Shown here: positions 20,501 to 35,500 of the stretch, in pieces
How positions within the stretch are numbered: the stretch's first letter is position 1
How the letters are laid out: the number at the start of each line of letters is the position of its first letter
Origin: Nemertoderma westbladi
Taxonomy: Eukaryota; Animalia; Xenacoelomorpha
Direction: 5' to 3'
DNA: 64,000 nt
Assembly (NCBI GenBank): GCA_032718475.1
Contig: JAUCBJ010002320.1
Span: 10,749-74,748 of the forward strand
Translations under genes and position numbers: made by a program
Notes under the pieces: generated by a model
Told to the model about the DNA's origin: nothing
Database searches by the model: none
Seen by the model: only the letters and a program-made list of their open reading frames with translations

Positions 20501-23500
20501 CGATTTTACTATGGCTTCCATAAACGCATTTTACAGAGAATATTATTTCTCGTATTTTTGCTTCATACAAAACCTATCTACTTCGTCATTTTTTAATCAA
20601 TTCATGTTATGATTTGAGCCGATAAATTGTAAAAATACCGGCACAAAATAAAATAAATTTTATTTTTTAGTTAACATTACACTTCTGATCAAAATTTGAA
20701 AATTCAATAGTATAAAAGTTTTATTGGTCAACATGTCAAGCAAGACCATTCACTGAAACTTTCAAACGATTTAATTGAAAAATGACGGAGTAGAAAGATT
20801 TTGAAAAATGCTACATTTTTTTTCAGAAAAATCAAAATATAATTGGTGGGACATTCAAAATACAATTTTTGTCATCAAAAATATCATAAGAACTTCTAAT
20901 ATAAGAAGTAAAAGTGTCCGAGTGTACTCCCAGGTATTCCAATTGGCGATAAAAATCTCGCAACCGAACTCATTCCCAAAGATGATCCCACTTTTCCAGA
21001 GGCACTACTAACTGCTGTCAATTTTGAAGAAGTGTACAAAATTGCACAAAGTCGGAAAGTAACTTCAAAAGTCGATATGGGTCGCATTACAAGGCAACAA
21101 TTTGGTGGAAAGAAATCTAATTACGGGAAGAAAAATAAATCTCGATATGGGAATCCTACGGGATATACACCCAATCACAACCAGTTTACACAAGCTACAG
21201 GTGTTACATGTTATCGATGTGGTATATCGGGACACAAAGTTCCACAATGTAGACTTCAACCCATGTTGAGTGTCGTTTCTGCCATATACGAGGACATACC
21301 GAGTCCGCATGTATAAGGAATCAAAAAGGCTCATTTACACAAACTGGATCAATGGCGACAGCAATGACAACTGGTAGATCTAATAGAGGCAACACTAATG
21401 CTGTTTCGTTTCAAGATGATGAATATGATGATATATTCCTGAGCCATATGGAGATAGAAGACCAGACTACAGATGAATCTATAGCTAACGATCCTGTTAC
21501 ATTACCAAAGGTAAAACTTATTATACTACATATTAATGTACAACAGCAGTTATTAGAAATTCAATATGATCCAGGTGCGAATCACAGCATCATATCATTT
21601 GAGACATATATGCTTAAGTTCTCTGACATCAAATTACATACATGTACAGCTAAATTACGTGGTTACTGCCATGGAAGCACTGAAATAGATGGTGTTATAT
21701 ACATTGACATTCAAGTACCAGATTACAGAAAGATTATTGGCTTACCTCTTATCGTAGCAAAAAATGATACCACCAGATCAATGCCATTATTCGGTTTATA
21801 TTGGTTACAACGATTTCAATTAATTGGTGGTAATACAGATGATTTATTACAAAAAACACAGATCGAAAGTTCTGATATCTATATCGATATTGTAGATACA
21901 ACTGTGATGGAAAACAAACTTCAAAGTTTGCTAAGAGAGTACAAAGACGTGCTAACTGGTGTTGGCTGCTACAAGGGTAAAGTTACAAAAATTCGCCTGA
22001 AAAACAACAATGTAAAACCAGTTTTCTTACACTCATGCTGTCCCTGCAGCATATAAAGATTAAGTAGAGGAACAACTAATGAAAGACATTGAAGAAGGGC
22101 GTCTAGCGTACCCAGACCCCACGGAAACTATTGAATGGGCTACACCCTTGGTCATTGTCCCTAAACCAGATGGGAGAGTTAGAATTTGCGGTGATTACAA
22201 AAGCACAGTCAACCCTCATCTTATTGGCGACCAATTCCCACTAATGAATATTGAGGAAATGTTTACATAATTACAAGGAAATGAATTGTTTACAAAACTT
22301 GATTTAGCAGCAGCTTACAATCAACTTCCAATTGATAACAAAAGCCAAAACCTACTTATTCTGGCTACACTATTAGGTTTGTTAAAACCTACCCGTATGC
22401 CTTACGGCATTACACCTGCCGCTGCTAAATGTCTAAAAGTTGCTCATAAAACAGTTCATAAACATATCACTGTAGCATATATGGATGAATTCCTTATAGC
22501 TTCAAAGAATACTGCAGAGCACCTACAAACACTACAACAAGTATTTCAATCTCTACGCGAAGCAGGTCTTACAGTGGCTCTTAAGAAATGCTCTTTCTTC
22601 AAAGAAGAATTAGAGTTTTGTGGACATATCATTAGCAGCAAGGAATTCTCAGCTGATCCTAAGAAAGTTGCTGCTATAATAAATCTTCGGGCACCTTCAA
22701 CACGTAAAGAATTCCAAAGTGTTATGGGCACCATGAACTACTTACGCAGATATGTTCATCGCTACGCAGAATTATCTAAACCTTTATATGGTATTCTCAA
22801 ACAAGAGGGGCCTATTCAATGGATGAAAGAGCTACATTCAACATATAATAAACTCAATCCTCATAGCTCAATCCACCTTATTACATCATTTCAAACCAGA
22901 ATATACAACTGAAGTAATCACAGATGCATCTTAAGAAACAGTTTCGGCAATTCTAGGGCAACGAAATAATTCTAATGAATTCCAGTCAATTGCATTTGCA
23001 TCTGCAAACCTAGAAAACCATCAGAAACGATACTCACAACTTGACCATGAAGCCTTAGGAATTATGTTCGGCGTTTGACGATTTCATCATTATGTCATAG
23101 GATGGAAATTCAAATTAATAACGGACAACCATCCATTGAAACGCATATTATACCTTCAGAAATCATTACCCTCAACAACGATATCGAGACTTCAACATTG
23201 TGCAGTAGAATTGGCAGCTTACGATTATACTGTTGTTAGCATACAGTCTGAAGATGACATTGCTGATTCACTATCACGATTAACCCCAAACACCAGTGAA
23301 AAGGTTGAAGACAATGATATAACAATTCGTTGTATTGATATTGCACAAAGTCAAGCTCTAAATGATTGCACAATAATTAATAGACATACATTGCAAGAAG
23401 AAACCACAACAGATGAAACACTCTATTACTTGAGATATTTACTAGAATATGGTGAAACTATAAAAAATAGTTCTGTAAAGTTACGAGGCTATAAAGCCAT

Positions 23501-26500
23501 TGAGAATAAATTATCTGTGAAAGATAACATTATATTTCGAGGAAATTCAATTATTATACCAGAAAGTCTACGAAATATTGTTTTACAAGTATTACACTTA
23601 GCACATATTGGAGAGAAAAGGATGTATAGCAACGCAATGGAAGTTTGTTGGTGGCCCACAATGAAGGAAGGTATAAAGTTGTATACATCAGCCTGTGAAG
23701 CATGTTAATGATTTTGCAATTCGACACCTCAAATATACAAACCATTACCAGAACCAACTAGTCCATTTGAGAGATGATTACAAACATATCTTGTTGGGTG
23801 TCATTGATGTATACTCAGGATGGAAAGATGTACGCTTATTACCGAAAAGTGGTTCCACCCAAATTATATCTGAATTGCGCAATATATTTGCTATAATTGG
23901 CATCCCGTGCATAATATTCAGCGACAATGGGCCACAATTTGTATCCAATGAGATTGAAGATGTCTTTAGTAATAACGGAATAACTCATTGGACTTCAGCA
24001 CCTTACAGCCCTACTTCCAATGGAGCAGCCGAACGTGCTGTTCAAGCCTTCAAGAAATCATTATCAGCGCAAGGAATAGATTCTGAATTCACTATTCACC
24101 ATATTAGAGTGTTATTTCGACACAAAGTTAAAACACGACTCGATCGAAATTTAAATTACCCAATACACCATTCAGACAAAAATATAAATGGGAAATTCAT
24201 GATCAATGAAGCTATTTGGATTAAGAACTACCATAGACATGGAAGAGGCCAATTCTTATCGAAATGGCTTCCGGGGAAAGTCATTGCTTCTGAAGGTTCT
24301 CGCATATATAAGATACAAGTGGGAGACATTATAGTTCGTAGAAATGTAAATCAAATGTGTAGACGAGACAACCCCTGGGTGAAATATGAAGAAAGTATAC
24401 CAAAAGGAGAGTCATACAGGGGAGATATTACTAATGTGATACAAGATATTGTTTCACCACCAAGATTACTATCTAAAGATACCAGCGAGAATGGTAGTAA
24501 TCCAATATCTGGAAATGAACCGTAAATATTTTACGATACCCTATAATACAACATAATGCAAAATAAAACAAACGTAGTTAATCTATTTTATATTAGTTCA
24601 TTATCAAAAGATTAGTAGCATGAGATATAGATACTGTATAAAAAGTTGGAGTTTACAGTATACAATATAGAGTAATTCATTCATTCAGTTTTAGGTGATC
24701 ATGGTTTTAGGTGGTTATCATTAAAGTAAAGGACGAAAATAACTACTTGATTTTTATTCCGCAATAAACTCTCGCCTATTACATTGGTGACCATGACGCA
24801 AGATAGTTTTCACAAATTTTCCAGAATGATAATGGCTAACCATCTACGACCAATCTCTATACAGCAACCCTCTATCTGGTTTAAGCAACTGGTAGCCTAT
24901 TTCAACCTCGAAAAAGTCAATGACGATGCACAAGTAAATCTACTGCTCACCCCACTACCAACAGAACAGGCTGCATTAATTGCAATGTCGGATATTAAAG
25001 CCTACCCAAATGCAAAAGAACTCTTAAAAACTCATTGGGAGGGAGTCAATATGATCTCATTCGCCGAGCAATAGCTATGTTCTCAATTAACAAGGGTGAA
25101 TGCCCTTCTCAGGCCGTTCATCGCCTCAAGTTACTTGTAAATGCTGCATCGATGCCCGAAAAAAGTGAGCAAGAACTTATTGCGCAAGTAATAGAGGCCA
25201 TGCCCACTAAAGCTGCTAAGTCGGCGTTGGCTACACAAGCTCAGAGCTCCTTGGATGACTCCTTGGAAGATAGTGGACACAGTGGTGGCAGCCACTAATG
25301 TTCCAACACCAGTATTTTATGTGGGTGCAGCAACAGGTTGATTTTCCACACCCATCATGTGGTCATTCTCCCCAGTGCCGAGATGTCCCAAAATATTATC
25401 AATCATACAAAAGTGACTATACAGGTAAAAATCGTCCCCATGCCAATAGGGGGGCGCTATAATCCATTCTATAATGAATATTCTGATGATTCAAGTTATC
25501 CTCGCAGTTATCAACGCACCTTGACACCCTTTTCCCGCAATCAACGACCCAAGATCTGCCATTCACACATATTTTAGATTAGCGAAAAACTGCACAACAT
25601 GGTGTCTCAAAACCCAAACTCGGAAGGACATCGCCCATATATCTGCTCATGTGAAGCATCCCGCAAAAATTCCCGGGATAACACTCCTGAAAACCAGGGA
25701 AACTAACGGCTCCCCCTGTTGCGGCAATAACAACAGAGGGAGCATTTAACAAATCACCAACAATTAAAGCAAAAATCGATGGCAAGGTCGTCCGTTTGCT
25801 AATCGATACTGGCGCTGGTGCAAGTCTGTTGCCACCCAAATTCGTAAAATCTCACTTCATTGAAACCACATTTGACAAACTCTGCTGCTGACGGACATGC
25901 CATTCAAATGTTTGGGAGATCCTATTGTAAACTACACGACACGATGACACACCATGTAATCTGAACCGAACTAAACTAAACCTATTGGAAATACTACTTT
26001 TTGACTTTAAATTAGCCTACAACAGACTATCGAGACTCGGCGAGTTGTGTTTAAATAGAGCTTAAATAGACAATATTGATAAATGCTTTTGTTACATTGA
26101 TGGTGTAGAAGAAAATGATGATAGTTTTATGCGTCTTAGTGTTTCAACAGTTCCAACTTACGCAACCAACCATTACTCTGATGGACCCTACTGTCTCCGC
26201 GAAGCTCAGATGCAAGATACATAATGTGCAGTCGCTTACTCCTCCCGTTGCCTTTTCGGTGAAAGAGGATGTCATTAGGCGGATGATCGATATCGTATTT
26301 CTTGTGGAAGTTTTTGATAATCTCGAGAATCTTGCGCTAGCGACGCCCAATAATTATAAAAGCGACTGCTGCTTGCGGGAAGGATGGAATGGAGGAGGAA
26401 TAGCCTATATAGTGAATAAATCAAGCTGCATGAGATTAAGATAAAGACAAGTGATGAATTTGAAATGGTCTGCCTGACATCAAAGAAGGACCTGTTTATG

Positions 26501-29500
26501 GTAGTTTACCGTCCACCATCCTCAAAAAAGTTCATAAAATCTGTATCTAAATTTACAACTGAATTAGATGGTATAATTGGAGATTTAGCGACTAAGTTTG
26601 ATTCCATAACATTGTTAGGCGATGTAAATGTTTGGATGGAAACGGAATGCCCTTTTCGTTTCATGATGGAATCGCATGGTTTTGCCCTGGCAAATACAGG
26701 ATCAACCCATTCAGCTGGACACAGCCTTGATGTCATTGCATCTCTTGGTTCAAATGTTAGCAATATTGAAGTGGGGCCGATTAATTTAAAACTCAGTGAT
26801 CATGCTCCTTTGTGCTTTGACTACAGCGGAGTAAATCTACTAAAATCCATGAGTGAACAATGTTCGTATAGATCATGGAGCAAGTTTAATGAAGAAGCAT
26901 TTAAAGATGATATAATTGACAATAATCTTGATAAAACAAACATAAATGTTAGTTTTGAGAGTTGGCTTCAGAAGCTTGGTGATCTATTTAATAAACATGT
27001 TCCATTAATCGTAAAACTTGTTCCAGTGAATCTAAAACATTCCACCATTAGAGATGAGGATCGTGATAACATCCAGCAATTACGTCGCTACAAACGCCGG
27101 CTTGAATTGCTTTATAAGAAGAAAAAGACAGAACTCAATAAAGCTAAACTCATTGCAGCGTCAATGGAGTTGATAAAAGCACTTCGGGAATCTACTTCTC
27201 TGTATTACCAGGAATTTATACATGACAATGCGGGAAATTCGGGTGCTTTGTGGAAACAGTATAAAAAGTTATTGGGTAAATCGTATAAACGGATTTTGCC
27301 ACAAAGTCTTGGTGATCCTGCACAGCTTGCAAGATTATTCTCAGATTTTTTTAAAGATAAAGTATCTACTATTGTATCCAGTTTCTCCGCTTGGGACTGT
27401 AATAGACTGTTGCCTAAGCGGTATGATGTTGAGTTTACAAAGTTTGAATATATGACTGAATTAGAGGTGATGAAAATAATAAAAACAATGTCGAACGCAT
27501 CATGTGAGTTAGATTGTATGCAAACAAAACTATTTAAGAAGGTTGCCCCAGATATTATTGAACCACTAACTGTCTACATTAATAGTGTACTTGCTAATGG
27601 CATATTTCCCGAGTTTCTCAAAACTGCCCTTGTAACACCAATGTTAAAGAAACCGGGAATGGATGCAGAGGTCATGAAAAGCTACAGACCAGTTAGTAAC
27701 CTAATGTTTATCGGGAAGCTTATAGAAACAATAGTTTTGAAACAATGTATCTCACAGTTTAACTTTCATTCTGCTCAGTCAGGATATCGGGCCAACCACT
27801 CAACAGAAACCACTAATGTGTTCATTCACAATGAATTGATAAAGGCGATGGGCATCCAAAAAGTAACTTTAGTTGCATATTTGGATCTCTCTGCGGCATT
27901 TCATGGACATTCCACAGTACATCATGGAAATCTAAAGTACAAATTAAACCGCATGTTTGGTTTCAACAGTACTGCATTAAATTTCTTTGATATGTATCTT
28001 AGCAACCGTTATCAACAGGTTTTGATCAATGGGGTAAGATCTGAAACAACATTACTTTTGACAGGAGTCCCACAGGGTAGTGTCTTGGGCCCTGTGTTAT
28101 ATAATGCTTATATGACTGACCTGTTTTGTATGCTAGATGATAGAGATGCTCTGTTTGCCAACTACGCTGACGACACGCAATTGTTTCTATCAGGCATGGC
28201 TCAGGCTGTTGGTGATATAAAGAAACGCTTCGTAAAATTATTCGATTGTGTTGCACTATCGATGATGAATAACCAATTGCAATTAAATGCAGATAAAACG
28301 GAAGTATTACTGGTTGGATCATTGCAACAGACAAACAAAATCCACATTTCTGAAAAACGCATCTGCTTTGGTGGCGAGACAATAGCATTCTCTGAATACG
28401 TGAAATGTCTGGGAGTAGTATGGGATGGGCAGTTAAAATTAAAAAAGCATATTATAACGACAGCATCAAAGACAAAATATTATCTACGATCTCTATACCG
28501 AATCAAGAAATATCTAACACGCACATCTGTCGAAACATTGGTTAATGCGTTTATTACATTGCGTTTGGAATATTCAAATTCAATTCTCGGATCTTGCTCC
28601 AATTCCATTATCAGACGTTTACAGACTGTACAGAACAGCGCAGCTAGACTAGTTACAAACTCCCCTCGTTATGATATAGCAACAGATGGACATTATATAT
28701 ACCATTCTGCCACTGCTATGTTACGGGAGCTACATTGGCTACCAGTTGCAAAGAGGATCTGTTATAAACAGATTCTGTTATGCTATAAATGTTTGAATGG
28801 CACTGGTCCAGAATACTTAAAGAGTCAGTTAACGAAAGTTGAACCAGTGCGCCGATTGCGGTCTGGGACAGCGGCCTGCATTCAGGTGCCTCGTGTATCC
28901 TCAGCATTGGCACAGTGTGCTTTCTACCGTGCTGCCCCAGATTCATGGAACAGGCTTCCTGTTGCGATTAGGCCGCACAAAGGCCTGGAACTGGGCGATT
29001 TTAAATCAAAACTAAAGACGTATTTATTCAATAAATAAGTTCCAGTACTATTATAGTTGTGCAGTAGTAGTAGTAGTTGTAATAGCGTTTAGTTCGGTTA
29101 GCTGCAGGCGCCCTGATAGGATCATAAGATCTCTAAGGGCGCCTGCATTAACAAATATAAGTGCTATTATTATTATTAAACTCCAGATTAAGAATCTTCG
29201 CTGTGAGTTCCTTCACAAGTTCATTGTAGCTGATATTGTTTATCCCATATTAGAAGCAGACTTTCTTGGAGCAAATCAACTATTAGTAAACTGCAACCAA
29301 TCTATACCTGTGCTACAAGATAGCTCAACAGGTTTGGTAGCTACTTTACAGTTACACTTCGCTGCATGCAATACTCAAATTATAAAACTCCTACCTAATT
29401 TACCCAAACCATTCAAAGAAACATTGGCTCCATTTCGCCATCTTTTTGAGCCACTAGATTACATTAACACACCAACTTGACACCATTGAGTTTACAATTG

Positions 29501-32500
29501 AAACTGATGGATTGCCAATTCATAGTAAACCCCGTCGATTAGCTCCAGACAAATATGCAACAGCTAAAAAATATTTTGACGAAATGCTATTTCTTGGTAT
29601 AGTACACCCTTCGAACTCAGAATGGTCTTCCTCCTTACACATGGTAACAAAGAAAGATCAATCATTTCGCCCATGTGGCGACTACCATCGTATAAACTCA
29701 ATAACAAAGAAGGATGCCTATCCTACCTACCCCTGATATTAGAGATGCTAATGCATTTCTTCATGGTTGTACCGTGTTTAGTAAAATTGATTTGGTGAAA
29801 GCATACCTGTGAAGGAAACTGACATTCCTAAACTAAAACAGCAATTACTACGCCATTTGGTTTGTTCGAGTACATTAGAATGTGCAAGAGAAGCAAGTGT
29901 CAAAATTAGAAAAGATAAAAACATAATATCACAATCACAACACGTTTCAAATTTATTAAATTTGTCATCAGGTGAGAACAGTAAAACACAATCAGCAGTA
30001 TTGTAGTACCTACGACAAGATAAACTTTAAAGTGTACAGTACAGAAAACTGCATAATATTTCAATTTGAATGTCCCTCCCAAATAATCCCAATTTGCATA
30101 ATATTTCAATCTGAATATCCCTCCCAAATAATCCCGAACCTTCCATCATTGTCTACAACTCTGGTGACCCGTGGGTACCAGAGTTGTAGAGAGACTCCTA
30201 GCTCCATTTGCTTATTAAGCAGAGGAGTAGTTGCATCCCTAATCTTAAGCAAATGGAGCTAGGAGTCTCTCTACAACTCTGGTACCCAGAGTTGTAGACA
30301 ATGATTGAAGGTTTCGGATTATTTGGGAGGGATATTCAAATTGAAATATTATACAAATTGGGATTATTTGGGAGGGACATTCAAATTGAAATATTATGCA
30401 GTTTTCTGTACTGTACACTTTAAAGTTTATCTTGTCGTAGGTACTACAATACTGCTGATTGTGTTTTACTGTTCTCACCTGATGACAAATTTAATAAATT
30501 CGAAATGCGTTGTGATTGTGATATTATGTTTATACATTAGAATGTCCTTTGGTATGAACAATGCGGCTCCCCATTTCAATTGACATGTACATAAAGTGCT
30601 TCATGGATTGAAACCAACTAATTTCAGTTTCTTCAATGATATCATGTGTGGTTTGAAAGATATAAATTCTCACAAACATGATCATACCGAATTATTCTAT
30701 CGTTTATCTTTGCACGGTCTTCACATAAACCCAGTAAATTGCATTTTTGGAGTTTCGGAACTAGATTTTCTAGGGTTTCATGTGAAATCCGAAGGTATCA
30801 CTGCTTCACCCAATAAGATTAATGAACTGAGCAACCTGGCAATTCCTATCTCTTAGAAAGAGCTTCGAAGTCGACTGGGTGCAATTAACTTTTACCACTG
30901 ATTTTTACCCAATGCTGCAGAGTTTCTGTCACCACTTCAAGAGCTGCTCAGAGAAACTCAACCGCAACGAGGAATTACACCTCCCTTTAACTGGTCTCCC
31001 ACACATCAAACTGCATATGATGCAATAATTAGTTTACTGCAGTCTCAAGTTCTTCTTGTTCATCCGCCACCTGATACTACCGAACTCTCGCTTATACTGT
31101 AGCAGATGCGTCTGATCTTGTGATGGGAGCAGTTCTGGAGGTTAACGGCCGACCATTAGGATTTTTCTCCCATCGATTTTCAACAAATGACTCACTTCAT
31201 TCAGCATTTGAACGCGAACAAACTGTTGGCCATGTCGAGTGCTGTACTGCATTTTCCCACTTATATAGAGTCCCTACATACAGTAGCTTTTACAGACCAT
31301 AAACCACTGGTCGCTGTGTTTATAAAAAAATGTGATGCCTAATCACATTGGCAAGCCCGTCGACTTGCGACTATTGCAGAATATATTGATGAAATAAGAT
31401 ATATTCCTGGTAAGAATACCATCATAGCTGATGCTTTGTCCCTACCTTCAGTTAACAATGCCCAAAATCCAGATATAATGACTAGATATCCAAGTAAGGA
31501 TAGTGATCACTCGCTTCCAACCATCTGTAGTGTATCTGTAACTGTCTGTGATCTACCAGGTATCCAAAAAGCGCAGGATCAGGATACAGATCTCCCAGAA
31601 ACTCTCACTAAGTTGCCATTTGGAGATGTGATACATAGTGATGTGATACATGTGATACAAACTCAGTATTTCCTCGACCATAAATCCCTGATCAACTCCG
31701 TATTCCTATGTTTAATCAAATACATAACGTATCACACCCAGGTCAATCAGCAACACAATGTTTGATACTAGCCAGGTATTTTTGGCCAAAGGCTAAAAAA
31801 TATATTCAGGAATGGGTGAAACAGTGCCCCAACAGTCAACAGGCTAAAGTTATCCATCACATCCACCGACCGAACTTTCCTATGCTTGTAGTCACAGAAC
31901 GTTTCGACATAGTACACATGGACATTGTGGGTCCACTTCCTGTAGTTGAAGAATACCGCTATGTGGTTACTGCTATAGATCGGTTTTCTAGTTGGCCCAT
32001 GGCCACTCCAATAAAGGACATAACTGCACAGACGCAGACGGTAGCAAAGGCCCTCATAGATGATATAGGATATCTCTATTTAGTGTTCCATTACATATCA
32101 TTTCGGATCATGGATCACAATTTATGTCTAAACTAATATCAAATATCGCCAACAATCTAGGATTTACTCATTTACCAACCATGACCTATCACTCACAAAC
32201 CAATGGGAAGGTAGAAAGAATGCACCATTGATTCAAAGAGGCCATAATAGCACATCAGACAGACTGGTTGTCGTCTCTTTCGGCCATATTATGGACTCCG
32301 CGCTTATCTTATGGACTCTCCATTTTCACTAATAACGGGTGAGGAACCACGATTTCCTTATAAACCACTGACTTAGACATTGATGAACTCTGCTGCTATT
32401 TCTGAGAATGTGCATATATATTTTGACCCAGCAAACCACATTCACCACCAGAATCAACCCATTCTGTCTACAAACATTAAATCTTTCCTCCCTGCTGACA

Positions 32501-35500
32501 CACAACATGTTTGGGTATGCATAGACAGGGTAAGACGTCCTCTTGAGGCGCCATATACTGTCCCCTACCGAGTAGTCAAAGACAATGGAGCCATGGTGAT
32601 CATAGACAAGCATGGCAAACATGATACTGTAAGTGTGTCTCGGCTGAAACCGTATTTTGCAAAGTCTGCCACACCTTCTGCCCCAGTCATCTCTACAGAA
32701 CCTTATCGTCCTCGCGATAAGATTACTCCAGCTACCTCGACATCCGACAACAACAACAACCCTACATCGGCAACAGAAACGCCCCCAATCCCGGCCCCCA
32801 GAACAAGTTAAATCTCGCTCAGGGCGAGTGGTGATTTCTACTAAGGACAATAAGTACCATTATTATTAATTTACATTATATTTATATTATATAGTTTCAT
32901 GTTTAGATATTTTTTTTGAATGTGTACAAACTATTTGCAGTAGTTCATTTTCTCAAACTCATATGTCAGACATTCCTTTCATTTTAAGGTAGGGATGCTC
33001 TGCATCTTAAGGGGGGGCTGTGTGGTGGTATTCGCTTCAGGTGGTCGGCGCAGATAGTGTGGTCTATCAGCTCATGTATCGCTATCACTCACGTATGTTC
33101 AGCATACTTTAATTATATGGGATTCCTGATGAAATTGTTGCAGCAATCAGATTAGTATACGATGGTTTGACAACATTTGTGTCTACTGTTGATGGTGACA
33201 CAGAACCATGCGAAGTGTTATGGGGTAGTCCTCCAGTGAGACACACTTGCGCCTTTCTTGTTCATAATTGTGGTTGACTATGTTCTACACATGTCCTTAA
33301 ATCATCATAATTATGATGGTGATGGGGTGATGGTAACTCCACCTACTGGCTCCAGAAGTCGAAGAAATTCTGCCAAGTACCTAACTTGTCTAGATTTTGA
33401 TGATGACTTAGGAGTACTCTCAGAACAGGCTCATTAGAACAGGCTGCTTAAAGTGTTGGTCCTTTTGGTAACACCTAAAAGACCATAATTAAAAGACCTC
33501 AGCAAATCTGTGATCGGATGAGCATAGGTCAAAGGATGGTATGCATGAATGAGCATGTGCTGTGCACGATTTCTGTTACCGGGATCATGGATCCGGATGT
33601 CAGGTAAGGAAGGACGTACGAATACGTATGGGAAAGGCATGGGCAGCATTGAATGGGCTTTCCATGATTTGGAAGTCACACAGAATTCATCAGAAATTTA
33701 AGGTCCGATTACTTAGAGCAGCAGTAGTTCCAGTACTCTTCTATGGGAGTCCATGCCTGGCTCTAACTGCTGAGGACACCAAATGTCTGGATGGCACATT
33801 CGTAAGAATGCTACGTCGGGTTTACTGTGTCAAGTACAATGCACACATCTCCAGCCAGACACTATATAGCATTGGAGGTGTCTCATTGGTTTCCCCAAGC
33901 TTGACACTAGAACAAAGCCACCTCTGCTTTGCAGGACATTGTTTTCGCCATGAGGACCAGCCTGTGTACACTGTACAGTACCTGTGTACCAAGCCTTTGT
34001 GCTTTGGACACTGGCATTGAAGATGCGGATAATCTCGTGAAAGTCATGGGGGGATCAATTAATCAATCAATCAATCAATTGAGCTCATAGATGAGCTCGT
34101 ATATTTGTTTCTTTATAACATATAATATCACGAGTACAGTATACATTAGGCCTATTATTAAATTATCGTATGAACAATTATTTGCAATTTGTGAGTGTGC
34201 AGCCTATATGTGTAGTTATTTAATTAGCCAAAGAAAGCAGTAGCGTAACTAGTGTTGCTTTTTTTGGATCAAAAGAAAAAAATCAAAAAAAAAATTATGA
34301 CATTCTAGTTCGATACCATCCAAAAGAGCACTCTACATCTAGCGACAGTATGTCTTGTTGATAGAAAGGGATTGCGTATAGTGAGTTGTGTTTATGGTGG
34401 TTGTACACATGCAGATAAACTCCGGTATAATTAGTTAATTTCAGTCAGGTTGTTATAACAATCGAGGTTACCGCAAACGATAATTTGGGCAAACAATGAT
34501 GATGATAAATAAACAATTAAGATGATTACAGTGACTTGATTCCATTACTGGTTGTTGGTTGAATCGCGGTTAAAATGGATTGGATCAATTGTGAAGATAT
34601 CGGAATTATTATTTGTTAATTACTTATTAAAATTCAATTATTATTTATTTAAACTTTATTTTGTATTTTTTATTATTATTGTAGTGAAAGGAAATTTAAT
34701 AGTGAGATTTTAAATTTTTTGGCTAATGAGTGTTTTGACTTACATTGTTTTATTTCCATGCTTAGTGAGTTCCATATAATAGTTCCTCTGTATTTTAATG
34801 AATTTTAATGAATTTAAACTGATTTAGGTCAAGTTTACGCTTAGATTATTTGTTTGAAATTTATTAATCTATATTACTGTTTTATCAAAATTATCCCATG
34901 TCAGGGATGAATATCTCGTCACCACTTGACTTACTATGTTACCGCATTCCAACCGTACTACAGCAGCTAAGGAACTACTTTTAAATAGTCGACTAATAAA
35001 CTTTTCTCTATTTCTTTACAGAAAGGGCTTTATAGCTGCAACATTTGGTGGTGACATGGCTGTACTAAATAGAATATTGACTGGCCAATCAACAGAGGAA
35101 GACTTCGCGTCGGTGCCTTTATTACAAGAGCCGGAACCTGTAAAATCATTCATGCGAGCAGCAGGTCACCAAATAGAAAAATCTGTAGCCTTGTAAGTAA
35201 ATTTGGAGCTGTACCGGCAGTGTGGTTGATGCCGCTAATGTTCATATTGCATTCTTATTGCAAATTCTGTCAAAAATTTCACCAAACAAAGATAATATGT
35301 TTACATGCATATGGATTCTATTAACGACCAGAACAGCTACAGCTTCCCTGTCTGTCCCCCCATACCAAAGCGACCTTTACTAACAGGCCTTGCAGCCAAG
35401 AAAACTGCAAAATTAGCGTAGGCCTAAAAGTAATAGCGAGCAATAGAAAGACAGTTTCTTCATTTTATCAATACGACCTTTAAAGAAATGGTAAAATATG

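Larger units (their letters stand above)
29884..30532. mobile_element. 649-bp foldback insertion, Penelope-like inverted terminal repeat pair
   Basis: Inverted arms at ~29919-30213 and ~30246-30531. 13-bp TSD TACATTAGAATGT at 29871 and 30533, splitting the Gypsy RT motif FEYIRM|SFGM. Confidence 0.85.
24600..33087 (+). mobile_element. Second degenerate Gypsy element, hosting an L2 LINE and a foldback insertion
   Basis: ..TACA|T-TGGTGACC PBS at 24785, gag remnants, protease LIDTGAG, RT RPCGDY, integrase HMDIVGPLP, and PPT AAGGGGGGG at 33009 followed by TG. Outer boundaries are approximate. Confidence 0.85.

Noticed and set aside
29972-30478. Two near-identical small ORFs on opposite strands
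   Set aside because: They are mirror images produced by the foldback arms.
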